Shown: positions 32,352 through 42,104, numbered from the stretch's first letter. The stretch is DNA of 64,000 bases from a virus (IMGVR_UViG_3300011718_000012:8502-72501); one strand, 5' to 3'. The notes: generated from the letters alone by a model not told the origin. Numbers and translations: made by a program.

Positions 32352-33353
32352 ATGGATATTCGTTCACGCAAGAAAAATTTTTTAGATTCGTTAGATTCAA
32401 CTGAAGTGATACGCAAAGCAGTAAGTCTTGCTATAGATTGCATGATTGATAATGATAATAGTAGTGAGGATACCCCCTTAGTTATTACCAGCTATGATGA
32501 CTTCTGTAGGAACCAGGTGCTGAAGTATGTACAGGAATTTTGTGAAGCTGCGTACCCTGATACGGATAAATATTACTTTATTCCTAACATGCTTCACATT
32601 AACGGTAGAACTAGTGAAGAAGCCTGTATTAATTTAATTAAACTCTTAAGAGTTACAAAAGGCATACTATTCTGGTCAGATGCCCCATCGTGGTTTGCTA
32701 GCCTCCCCGACGGGTTATTCCATGTTGTTAACATTGATCAAAAAACCGTCACTCGCGGCCTTAATAAGAAAAACTCTCAGCCGACGATCATCAATAAAGA
32801 GTACAGCGTAGACACACTACTATCAGAACTATTTTTGAATGGCGCGCACATGGAGCAATCCAACGCAAACAACGTTGTTGAGGCAGACATGAAGTTCTAT
32901 GATGAATGCCATGCTGGTTTAATCAGACCAATACCCGCTCCAGTAGGCGAGTCATATGATGAAGAGATCAAAATTAATTCTCCATATTGGCAGAAGCTCG
33001 CGTGTGTAGCGTTACGCCGCTATCAGTCAAAAGAATGTCATGACGGAATGCAATGGGATACAACCAATAATGGCTGGATTGATGTTGTTGCGTATCCGTT
33101 CATCAAAGAAATACAATCACTTGATAATAGTGGTTATCGCCAATGTTTAGTTGGGCTAGTCACAATAAACATTTCAAACGCAAATTACCCGTACCTATCT
33201 ACCGTTTGGATACATCCATTTTATCGCAGGGGAGGGTTATTAAGTAAGTTATGGCCAAAATTACAAGAGCGATACGGAAGTAACTTCGAAATTGAGCAAC
33301 CTAATGAAAATATGAAAGCATTTTTGAAAAGTGTGAAACATGCAGGTTACTAA
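32352..33353 (+). CDS. Protein with a C-terminal GNAT acetyltransferase-like domain
   Basis: VWIHPFYRRGGLLSKLW resembles the acetyl-CoA-binding motif A. AT-rich. Confidence 0.6.
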   Translation: MDIRSRKKNFLDSLDSTEVIRKAVSLAIDCMIDNDNSSEDTPLVITSYDDFCRNQVLKYVQEFCEAAYPDTDKYYFIPNMLHINGRTSEEACINLIKLLRVTKGILFWSDAPSWFASLPDGLFHVVNIDQKTVTRGLNKKNSQPTIINKEYSVDTLLSELFLNGAHMEQSNANNVVEADMKFYDECHAGLIRPIPAPVGESYDEEIKINSPYWQKLACVALRRYQSKECHDGMQWDTTNNGWIDVVAYPFIKEIQSLDNSGYRQCLVGLVTINISNANYPYLSTVWIHPFYRRGGLLSKLWPKLQERYGSNFEIEQPNENMKAFLKSVKHAGY

Positions 33354-33604
33354 TTTATGAATCAGCCAGTTGAGTTAGTGATGGTGTGAATGAGTGGAGT
33401 AACAGTTCAACGTGATCCTATGCAGATTTTTAACATGCCTTGGGTTGCTTCAAGTTTGAGAGATTCGGTAAATTGGCGGTTGGTGGGCTGACCGCATTTG
33501 CGGATGACAAGTCCTTCGGCACCTGAAACCTGGTAACGATTGATAGCCGTCACGCCTGACGTTCTGAGATTCCAGGCTGTGATGCCGCATCGCGACGGCG
33601 TAGA

Positions 33605-34819
33605 TGACTGTTCCCCCTTGATGAATACACCGTGATGTTAGTAATGTTTTCATCAGCAACGTGAGGGCATGCCTATGAAGAAGCGTTTTTCCGATGGACA
33701 GATCATCAGTATTCTCCGTGAGGCTGAAGCCGGGGTTTCTGCCCGGGAAATCTGCCGTAAGCACGCCATTTCCGACGCTACCTTTTACACCTGACGTAAG
33801 AAGTATGGCGGTATGGAGGTGCCCGAGGTTAAGCGCCTGAAGTCGCCTGAGGAAGATAACGCCAGGCTCAAGAAGCTGCTTGCCGAAGCCATGTTGGATG
33901 AGAAGGCGTTTCAGCTGGCTCTGGGGCGAAAGTACTGACGACATGCCAGAAGCGGGAAGCCGTGGTGTTGATGTGTGATGTGACCGATCTGTCGCAACGT
34001 CGTGCCTGCTGGCTTACAGGTTTGTCCCTGTCGACCTGCCGTTATGATGCTCAGCGCCCAGCTGCTGATGCACATTTATCAGGGCGTATTATTGAGCATG
34101 CACCTGAACGCAGACGTTTTGGCTACCGCCGTATCTGGCAGTTACTGCGCCGTGAAGGCCTTCATGTTAATCACAAGCGCGTGTACCGCCTTTATCATCT
34201 GAGAGGGCTGGGCGTAAAACGCAGACGACGCCGTAAAGGGCTGGCGACCGAACGGTTTCCGCTTCTTCGCCTGGATGCGCCGAACCTGACCTGGTCGATG
34301 GATTTCGTCATGGACGCTCTGGCCAACGGTCGCAGAATCAAGAGCCTGACCTGCGTGGATGATTTCACGAAGGAGTGCCTGACGATTACCGCCGCATTTG
34401 GGATTTCAGGCGTGCAGGTCACGTGTTTTCTGGACAGTATCGCGCTGTTTCGTGGTTATCCTACTACGATAAGAACCGATCAGGGACCTGAGTTCACTTG
34501 CCGCGCACTCGAACAATGGGCCTTGAGCATGGTGTGGTCCTACGGCTTATACAGCCGGGCAAGCGGACTCAGAACGGATTTAATGAGAGTTTTGGACGAT
34601 TCAGAGATGAGTGCCTGAACGAGCACTGGTTCAGCGATATTGTTCATGCCAGGAAAACGATTAATGACTGGCGACAGGATTATAACGAGTGCCGCCCTCA
34701 TTCTTCGCAGAACTACCAGACTCCGGCTGAATTTGCAGCGGACTGGAGAAACGGGAAATATGGAGAAAAAACAACCGACATTACTGGCTGATGGTAGTAT
34801 CAATCTTGGGGGCAGGTCA
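33605..34819 (+). mobile_element. IS3-family (IS407 group) element, degenerate
   Basis: Ends tgactgttccccc and gggggcaggtca. orfA MKKRFS with an internal TGA; orfB WSMDF, TDQGPEF and RFRDECLNEHWF broken by a frameshift. Confidence 0.9.
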
Positions 34820-35131
34820 GCATTGATAAAGCTTGGCAATTTGAATAGTAAAGACTTCTTGTTTCAGTCTCGAATTGGAACTAACCGGCACAAATCAACT
34901 AGGCAATACAGCCGAAGTTTTCATGGGTGGGTAGAAAAGCTTGGTCTCGAAGCTTCGCTTTACAGCACATATTCCATTAGAAGAACGAAAGCTTACCTGA
35001 TATACAAGAAAACCAAAAATCTCCGGGTATGCCAACTTCTGTTGGGCCATAAGAAATTGGAAAGCACAGTCCGTTATCTGGCCATTGAAGTCGATGATGC
35101 GTTAGAGATCTCTGAATCGATTGAAGTCTAA
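34820..35131 (+). pseudogene. C-terminal half of a small tyrosine recombinase, 5' part replaced by the IS
   Basis: YSIRRTK (the His of HxxR is changed to Tyr), LLLGHKKLESTVRYL. Begins exactly at the IS right end. Confidence 0.85.
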
Positions 35132-35259
35132 GGAAGGTTGGCAGGGTTGCAACAGCAACCCTGTGCCAATAGTTGTCTTTGCTAACTTTGGCCCATTTTC
35201 ATCGATGGGCGCAGAGCAATCTATACGCTAATTGTTTTGCGCTTAAGTTCTGAGCCATA

Positions 35260-36048
35260 GTGCCGATAATAAAATTAAGTACTTTTGCCTTAAGGAAGCA
35301 AGGTTTGAAAGAATATTCAAAATACTCAAAAGCGTTAGGTATGGCTAAGTTCTATGTTTATGCATTTTATGACACTGAAGATGCAGATAAAAAGCCGTTT
35401 TATATAGGCAAAGGCAAGTCAGAACGCTGCCTTGATCATATAAAGTATAATGATGGCTCTCCGAAATCAGAACGAATTAATCATCTGTTAAAAACAGGAA
35501 ATCTGGGTATCGACATACTACGCCATGGCATGGATGAGGCAACCGCGAAGCTTGTTGAAGCAACATGTATTGATCTCTTAGGTGTTGGAGAACTGACCAA
35601 CAAAGTACGAGGAAGCAGCTCCCTTATGGGGCGAATTACTCTGGATGAGCTCAACCATCTCCTTCTTAAGCAAGAGACGGAAATCGCACCTGAACATGCC
35701 GGGCTCGCTTTTCTGCTAAACAGCACCTACAAGTCTGGCATGAGTGCTCTTGCATTATATGAAGCTACGCGTGGCGTCTGGGCAAAAGTACCAAAAGATG
35801 AAAACCTACAATTTGCATACGCCACCTACGGCGGTTTGGTGATGGAAGTTTATGAGATACAGTGCTGGTTAAAGGCAGGCTCTCAGCAGTACTTTACCCG
35901 GGAACTGGTTATCCCCCCTGAAACCAACCGTTCAGAGTTTGTTGGACGAATCGCATCACCAGAAATCAGAGAATTATACGTAGGCAAACTAATCAAAAAA
36001 TCGCGTAGTCATGGCAGCCCTTTCGTAAAGGTCGGGCTGGCGCAATAA
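35260..36048 (+). CDS. LEM-3-like GIY-YIG nuclease
   Basis: FYVY...PFYIGKG...R..DH, E...ID, LTN.VRG, LYEATRGVW. The true start may be downstream (for example ATG 35341). Confidence 0.75.
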   Translation: MPIIKLSTFALRKQGLKEYSKYSKALGMAKFYVYAFYDTEDADKKPFYIGKGKSERCLDHIKYNDGSPKSERINHLLKTGNLGIDILRHGMDEATAKLVEATCIDLLGVGELTNKVRGSSSLMGRITLDELNHLLLKQETEIAPEHAGLAFLLNSTYKSGMSALALYEATRGVWAKVPKDENLQFAYATYGGLVMEVYEIQCWLKAGSQQYFTRELVIPPETNRSEFVGRIASPEIRELYVGKLIKKSRSHGSPFVKVGLAQ

Positions 36049-36050
36049 AC

Positions 36051-36176
36051 TGACCTGTTTCTCGCTGATTCATACACCTCAATGCGAATCATGTTGTCGA
36101 GGCTACCAATGTCCGCTCCTCGCTCACAACGGACCTTTAGCCCAGCTAGGACGTCCCCTTCGTGCCAATAGCAGAC
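36051..36176 (+). repeat. IS407-like left end plus box1-18 nt-box2 junction site
   Basis: tgacctgtttctcgctgattcatacac, box1 gtccgctcctcgctcacaacggac 36111-36134, box2 gtccccttcgtgccaatagcagac 36153-36176. Confidence 0.8.
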
Positions 36177-36248
36177 ATCAAGCCTATCATGATATTTTGT
36201 CTAGAAGGTAGTAGATTACACCATATTCATAAATAAGGATTTAGACTA

Positions 36249-36878
36249 ATGAGACGAGAATATCCAGATTCATGGGATAAGTTTTGCAAAATTGAAAGAA
36301 ATTATGGTGGCTTTACTCATTATAGATTCAGAGCCGGAATCACTATTGGCGATCTGAACCGATTCGCCGCCAGATATGCCTTGGCTGCGGACTTCGAGGG
36401 AGTTATGATAAAGAACTCTACTAAACAAACGAACCTCGGTTATGAAGCATTAATGAGGTCCTTACTTGTTTGGAGTGCAGTAGAGAGTTATTACTACGTA
36501 TTACCAACAGGATCTGGTGGGAAATATAACTATTTAAGTTACACTTTTTCAGAAGAAAATGCTTTAACTACTACGCTTAAAAAAAATGGCTCTGACCTTT
36601 TAAGGTTTTATACATATATTTCTTCTAGTCCTAATGTTGAAGTCAAACACCGAACGAATGTTCAAGATTTTTTGAGTGGAAATAATTACAACCCTATCTA
36701 TCTTTTATCTAGTATTCGCCATGCTTTTGGCCATGGTGAGTTAAGTGCCCATGTCGATGGGGTCAATCCTCAAACAATTAATAATATTTCAAAAATACTA
36801 AAGACATCTATTTTAGAGAAGATTAACGACCATTTCTCTTCATTGGTTCGAAGTCATCCAAACTATTCAGATGTATAA
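36249..36878 (+). CDS. Hypothetical protein with a HEPN-like RxxxxH motif
   Basis: IRHAFGHG in a helical C-terminal region. AAGGA RBS, AT-rich. Confidence 0.55.
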   Translation: MRREYPDSWDKFCKIERNYGGFTHYRFRAGITIGDLNRFAARYALAADFEGVMIKNSTKQTNLGYEALMRSLLVWSAVESYYYVLPTGSGGKYNYLSYTFSEENALTTTLKKNGSDLLRFYTYISSSPNVEVKHRTNVQDFLSGNNYNPIYLLSSIRHAFGHGELSAHVDGVNPQTINNISKILKTSILEKINDHFSSLVRSHPNYSDV

Positions 36879-36920
36879 TATTTAACAACAGCTCCAGTAC
36901 TTACTAGCTTTAAACGGATC

Positions 36921-36958
36921 AGTGTCTTTCTGGATTCCATACAATCCAGAAAGACACT
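36921..36958. terminator. Strong hairpin between convergent genes
   Basis: agtgtctttctggatt-ccatac-aatccagaaagacact, a 16-bp stem. Confidence 0.6.
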
Positions 36959-37138
36959 TCCACTTTGCTCAAATCTAACATCAAACCGCATCTAAGTCAG
37001 ATGAGTGCTACAAGAAGATATATTAAATTATTTATATACTAAATTTCTTTTTGAAACCACATAAGTAAAAGACTCCATTAGGTTAATAATTTTTATACGT
37101 ATAAAAATAATTTAGGCTATAAATCCTTTTGGCTGGTA

Positions 37139-37663
37139 TTAATTCTCAAGATCTGTGTGATTTTTAATCACATAGCTTAATATTCTTTTTACTGCATATT
37201 CATCAAGTTTGGTATACAAACTACCAGAATCAGGGTCGGCCTTTAATTGCCAGTATTTATCGCCACATTCATCTTTTTCAAGGGTGTCGTATTTCAATTT
37301 AAAGAAAGAGTTAATATGTCCAGACTCTTTACCGTTGCATGTAATACACATGGATGAGGTATTTTTTGGAGAGACTTGTGGTTTGATGCTTAATGATATT
37401 TCCCCATGCGTAATCACTGGAAAAGAAACAATAACCCCCTCGCTCAGTATGGAGGGTTTAAATTCTATTTTTTCACTTTCATATTTAAATAGAAATGGTG
37501 AGCTTTTATTTAAGACAGCTTTGAATATTAGATTCAGTTGATTATACATCGCTACAATTTGATGTTTTCTGCCCTTGCTTTTCATTGCTTGTTCATTAAT
37601 CATTAAATTATGTTTTTCAAAAATTTCACTATATCTACGATCCAATTCTTTATATTTGTTCAT
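37139..37663 (-). CDS. Hypothetical protein (AT-rich)
   Basis: 174-aa ORF in very AT-rich DNA. Confidence 0.6.
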   Translation of the reverse strand: MNKYKELDRRYSEIFEKHNLMINEQAMKSKGRKHQIVAMYNQLNLIFKAVLNKSSPFLFKYESEKIEFKPSILSEGVIVSFPVITHGEISLSIKPQVSPKNTSSMCITCNGKESGHINSFFKLKYDTLEKDECGDKYWQLKADPDSGSLYTKLDEYAVKRILSYVIKNHTDLEN

Positions 37664-37952
37664 ATTAGTATCCGTATCGTCAATTTTTTCAACAGCAATA
37701 TTTATTCAGTAATCTTAACTGAGTGTTTAGTTTGCATTTTAACCATTAAATTGCACAGTGATTTTAACTTATAACTGTTATCGTCGTCGAGAGATTTTCT
37801 GGAATGGGATGTAATTATTTTGGTACCCGCTAAAGAAAATAACACAATGAAAAATATAGATTATCTTGCAAAAATCCAAATAAGCATTACTTCAATATAA
37901 ATGCATTTCGTTAGTGGGGCTGCATCCATGCCATTTTTGATTTTAGTTTAAC

Positions 37953-38053
37953 TTCCGCTTTTCGCTCAAAGCGGCCATATCAAATGAATATATGGCAGGA
38001 TTGGTTAGCAGCAGGAAGAGGACGTTTGGGCATCTGGCCCACATGAACGGCGG
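37953..38053 (+). repeat. box1 half-site plus conserved tail, copy 2
   Basis: ttccgcttttcgctcaaagcggcc, followed by sequence shared with 22136-22212. Confidence 0.7.
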
Positions 38054-38423
38054 GCCCCTGCTGAGCGCATTTGCCCAACTGTCGGGTTTAGCCCGACGGG
38101 CTGTTACAAAGCTTAAGAAGTCTAATGCAACAAGAGATTTCCCGTTCTCCGTTCAGTGAAACAGCGGCCAGCCTGCCTCTGGAACTGGTCAGGCGTGGCC
38201 TGATTGCTGAACGGGGGCGCTCGCCATGAAAATGAAGACGCACACGCACATGCTAGGGAAGCGCAGGTATGTAATGCTCACTCGCTGAATAACTGGAACC
38301 CAGCTTTACGCATGTGGTCGCTTGGGGTAATCAGTGATTGGTCTCTATGAAGCACTCGCCTATGGCCGTGCAACTCCACGCTGTTGCGCTAATGGCGGGC
38401 ATCCATCATGCCTCAACGCCGTC

Positions 38424-38999
38424 TTACCTGATACGCATGCATCTTTCCCTGAACATCTGACCCATGAAATCCCCACCATCACGTAGCTTCTGCATTTCCT
38501 TGTTGAAATCGAATCCGCCCTCAGCAGGGGATGTCCGACGTTCGGCAGGAACCTTACTGGTCCGCATGGCCGTCACGATAAAATGCTGGAGAGTTACCTG
38601 CTTCATGACCTGAGCTTCGTCAGGTTGAAGATAGGGAAGCAAACCGAAGACCTGATGTTCGAGGTTTTTCTGTTCTTCTTTGATTTGATCGTCGGGCACG
38701 CGCTTTGTCGGTCGGCTGTCTTCATACATCAGTTCATACAGGGAGACGTTATTGGGATAGCCCCGATCGGCCCGAAATACAATCTCTGCAGCCAGTGAGG
38801 CACTTTCCTGAAGCTTGAGACAATGCAGCTCTGTTGCCCGGCGTCTGGCTTCCGCAAGCTGCGTATCTTCCACTTCCTGCTTTTTCACATTCAGCATAAA
38901 GAAAGCCGATAAGACATTTCCCATCCCGGTAGCAAAGGTGATCAGCAGGGTAACGATAATGCCCTGAAGCAGTCTTTTTCTGGAAAATTCCTCGTTCAT
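38424..38999 (-). CDS. Hypothetical protein with N-terminal TM helix
   Basis: 191 aa, hydrophobic N-terminus, AGGAAGAG RBS. Confidence 0.65.
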   Translation of the reverse strand: MNEEFSRKRLLQGIIVTLLITFATGMGNVLSAFFMLNVKKQEVEDTQLAEARRRATELHCLKLQESASLAAEIVFRADRGYPNNVSLYELMYEDSRPTKRVPDDQIKEEQKNLEHQVFGLLPYLQPDEAQVMKQVTLQHFIVTAMRTSKVPAERRTSPAEGGFDFNKEMQKLRDGGDFMGQMFRERCMRIR

Positions 39000-39274
39000 A
39001 CTGTCTCTTCCTTAGCCCCTCAGGCCTTACGACATGAGTAAAACCTATCCCGTCACACCCGAAGTTTGCGTTTTGTTAATAGCAGTGAAAGGCACCAGGG
39101 GCACATGCTAACGCACCAGCGAAGGTGATGCGCACTGCCAAATTTTGCGGCTGAATGTGATGGTTCATTACTACATATGATCTACGCATCGTTAAGTTAA
39201 GTCAGCGTTGCTATGACGGAGGGCAGTCCATACGCGCGGAGGGACTTTATCTGAAGCAGGTTATACAGGTGATA

Positions 39275-39290
39275 CTGTGCATACATACAG
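39275..39290. promoter_or_regulatory. LexA (SOS) box
   Basis: CTGT-GCATACAT-ACAG matches CTGT-N8-ACAG, 59 bp upstream of the methyltransferase ATG. Confidence 0.55.
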
Positions 39291-39349
39291 ATTCGCTTTA
39301 TGATAGACTTATCTGTCAAGACTGAAGCGGGAAACAGGATACTGTCTGA

Positions 39350-40480
39350 ATGAGTAAAACCAATAAATTAAAGATCATTGATCTGTTTTGTGGCGCTGGC
39401 GGCTTGTCCTGCGGCTTCATGAAAGGGAAGAATGGCGCTCATTTCGAAAGCGTTCTGGCTCTGGACAATGATAAGGCGGCCATCAGAACGTACAACGCCA
39501 ACTTTGGCGAGCATGGCATCGTCGCCAACATAGAAGAGTGGATCACGGAAAATACCGTGCCTGAAGCGGACGTTGTTATCGGTGGGCCGCCGTGTCAGGG
39601 GTTCAGTTTACTCAATAAGAACCGGGAAGGGGACCATCGACGCGCGCTCTGGGAACCGTACATGGATATCATTGAGCGATCGGGCGCTTCTGTCTTTGTG
39701 ATGGAAAATGTCCCGGGTCTGTTAACCAGTGATGAATTCCAGGACATCCGCGAACGTGCGGAGCGTATGGGGTTCTTGCTCCTCAACCCTTCTGTGCTGA
39801 ATACGGCAGACTATGGTGCCCCCCAGACGCGTAAGCGTGCCATTGCGATCGGCATTAAAAAAGACCGTTTTATACGGGGGGGCATTCCTGCATTCCCGCC
39901 TGCGCCGTCGCACCAGCATCCCGATAAAGCCGGAGATCTGCCTGCCTGGCTGACGGTCAGAGAATTCATCGGTGATTTACCGGAGCCGGTTGGTACAGAA
40001 GTGCGCGATCTGCCTCCACCCTTAGATCTGCATTTTGGGCGAAACCCGACTGCACTGTCTCAGGAGCGTTATCGCGCTGTGCCGGTGGGTGGGAACCGTT
40101 TCGACTTACAAAAAAACAGACCCGACATTACGCCTGCCTGCTGGATCAAAAAAACGTCCGGTGGTACGGATTTGTTTGGCCGGCTGTGGTGGGAACGTCC
40201 TTCCGTAACGATCCGCACCGAGTTCTTCAAACCCGAAAAAGGGCGTTATCTGCATCCGGAAGCCCACCGTCCTATTACGCACCGGGAAGCGGCGCGCCTG
40301 ATGAGTTTCCCGGATGATTTTGTTTTCCTGGGATCAAAAACCGAGATCGCACGTCAGATTGGTAATGCGGTTCCGCCCGTGTTTGCGCAAAAGATTGCGG
40401 CCTATGTGCTTACTTTAATGGAATATCAGATTCAACATGGCGAGAAGATCGAAGAAGAGCGAACCGGAAACGCTGCGTAA
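39350..40480 (+). CDS. DNA (cytosine-5) methyltransferase
   Basis: Motif I DLFCGAGG, IV GGPPCQGFS, VI ENV, VIII Q.RKR, X QIGNAVP. Confidence 0.95.
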   Translation: MSKTNKLKIIDLFCGAGGLSCGFMKGKNGAHFESVLALDNDKAAIRTYNANFGEHGIVANIEEWITENTVPEADVVIGGPPCQGFSLLNKNREGDHRRALWEPYMDIIERSGASVFVMENVPGLLTSDEFQDIRERAERMGFLLLNPSVLNTADYGAPQTRKRAIAIGIKKDRFIRGGIPAFPPAPSHQHPDKAGDLPAWLTVREFIGDLPEPVGTEVRDLPPPLDLHFGRNPTALSQERYRAVPVGGNRFDLQKNRPDITPACWIKKTSGGTDLFGRLWWERPSVTIRTEFFKPEKGRYLHPEAHRPITHREAARLMSFPDDFVFLGSKTEIARQIGNAVPPVFAQKIAAYVLTLMEYQIQHGEKIEEERTGNAA

Positions 40481-41420
40481 GCAGCTCCTGGCGTTAATTA
40501 CCGATTTTGAACACAGGCTCGCGGATGACTCCCTGCGGGAACAGGTCCTCTCGCTCATCCCCGCCAATCATCTGCTGCGCGATCTCGGCAGCTCTCTGAT
40601 GCATGAGGAGGGCTGTAATTCGGCACGCGACCGCATTCTGGCTTACCTCCTCAAATATCCTCGCGTCGTCATTCACGGTGATGAGCTGATGGTGGTGGCC
40701 GGGATAAGCGAGTATGCGCGGCGGATAAGAGAGCTCCGCGTCCAGTTTGGCTGGTCCGTCTTAAGTGGTACCACGCTGAAGGAAATGATTGAACAGGATG
40801 AGATGACACTGGAGGAACTCCAGGCCCGCACAATGACCGTCCTTAAAACGGATGTCTATGCGCTGATGACGACGGAGCAGGACAGGGAAGCCGCCCTGCG
40901 ATGGAACGAGGCTAATGTTCTGCGGCGAAGTAAGCTTTCGACGAAAGACAAAATTCTCACTTATCTTCGTAAAAACGTTGGCCGTCCGGTAACGGGCGAA
41001 GAGTTACGTTATCTTGCAAACGACAGTAAGGAATGGGCTCGCCGTACACGTGAGCTGCGTACCGAAGAGGGCTGGCCGATTGCCACCAGGAAGTCAGGCC
41101 GACCGGAGCTTGAAGTGGGTGCCTATTTGCTTGAAGAAGATCGTCAGGCTGAGGTACATGACCGGAAAATCCCTGATCCGGTACGCGTAGCCGTCCTTGA
41201 GCGCGATCATCACGCCTGCCGGAACTGTGGCTGGTCGCACGCCCGTAAAACAGCAAATGACCCCAGAACGTTCCTTGAATTGCATCATATAGAGCATCAT
41301 GCCGATGGCGGTGAAAATACGCTGGATAACTTAATTACGCTCTGTAATGTCTGCCATGATGACGTGCACCGCCGTAAAGTGTGGGGGGATGCGCTTTTAC
41401 ACCGGTTGAAGGGAGACTGA
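40437..41420 (+). CDS. HNH restriction endonuclease (type II R-M partner)
   Basis: Two ARR.RELR winged-helix-like repeats and C-terminal CRNCG...LELHH...NLITLCNVCHDDVH. Overlaps the MTase. Confidence 0.8.
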   Translation: MARRSKKSEPETLRKQLLALITDFEHRLADDSLREQVLSLIPANHLLRDLGSSLMHEEGCNSARDRILAYLLKYPRVVIHGDELMVVAGISEYARRIRELRVQFGWSVLSGTTLKEMIEQDEMTLEELQARTMTVLKTDVYALMTTEQDREAALRWNEANVLRRSKLSTKDKILTYLRKNVGRPVTGEELRYLANDSKEWARRTRELRTEEGWPIATRKSGRPELEVGAYLLEEDRQAEVHDRKIPDPVRVAVLERDHHACRNCGWSHARKTANDPRTFLELHHIEHHADGGENTLDNLITLCNVCHDDVHRRKVWGDALLHRLKGD

Positions 41421-41559
41421 AATCCGCGGGTGATAGCGTAATTTATTACGGGCAGGCATTCATTTGCGTAGTTGTGGTAACGTGCTTGCGGGATGTTGCT
41501 GTTGAAACCCCAGGGGTTCCTGTAAGCAACCGCTCGCGACTGTAAGCAGTGCTCTGATT

Positions 41560-41818
41560 GCAGATTGTTCCTCGTTCCCTTATCTTCGCAATTCAGAGTA
41601 AACGAAAGACTGAGATGTGCAGGGTTACTACCCAGGCCATTCATTACATAAAGCTCCGGGGCTATTTAACATACTCGGTCGGTCAGTTCTTCGTATGTCC
41701 TTGCTTCTGTAACAAGACCAGGAGCATCGCACTGTGCCACCTGCTTATTGTCTTCATGGTCATGGCAAACATTAACGTCAAAAGGCCGAGAAAACATCAC
41801 GACAGCTGATTCTCTCAT
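41560..41818 (-). pseudogene. DUF1902 (HicB-like) gene with a nonsense codon
   Basis: GAGGAGG RBS, then VAQCDAPGLVTEARTYEELTDRVC*IAPELY with TAA at 41666-41668. The 3' limit is approximate. Confidence 0.6.
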
Positions 41819-42104
41819 AAGCGCCTCCTCTTTACCTTTGATGTAACGTTACGCTATTGGTCATCTGCCTGCAAATTGTACAGAAATTTTCGCAGCGGAA
41901 CCTTACAGAATCAGGCCTGTGGAACTGATTTATATGATTTAACGAGGGATGTCGCGTCTTCGAGGAACGTGAGGGTCATAGCATGTTCTCCCATTAGATA
42001 ACGCGAAATTTGCACACCAAAACAGGATACCAGCCTTGTATTAAGCATGTGGGTTCATATCTTTTAACCGACAATGTTTACAATTGTGACCTGTTCCCCG
42101 TTAA

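Noticed and set aside
33450..33944. 164-aa minus-strand ORF
   Set aside because: Antisense shadow of IS3 orfA.
34640..35131. Full-length 163-aa integrase
   Set aside because: The first 60 codons are IS sequence read in an alternative frame, so the ORF is a chimera.
5551..37976. Box repeats as a CRISPR array or classical attC sites
   Set aside because: They are separated by whole genes rather than 30-40 nt spacers, there are no cas genes, and there are no RYYYAAC/GTTRRRY cores or IntI gene.
39279..39286. SOS-box spacer GCATACAT equals the loxP spacer
   Set aside because: No loxP arms flank it, so an 8-mer coincidence is the likely explanation.
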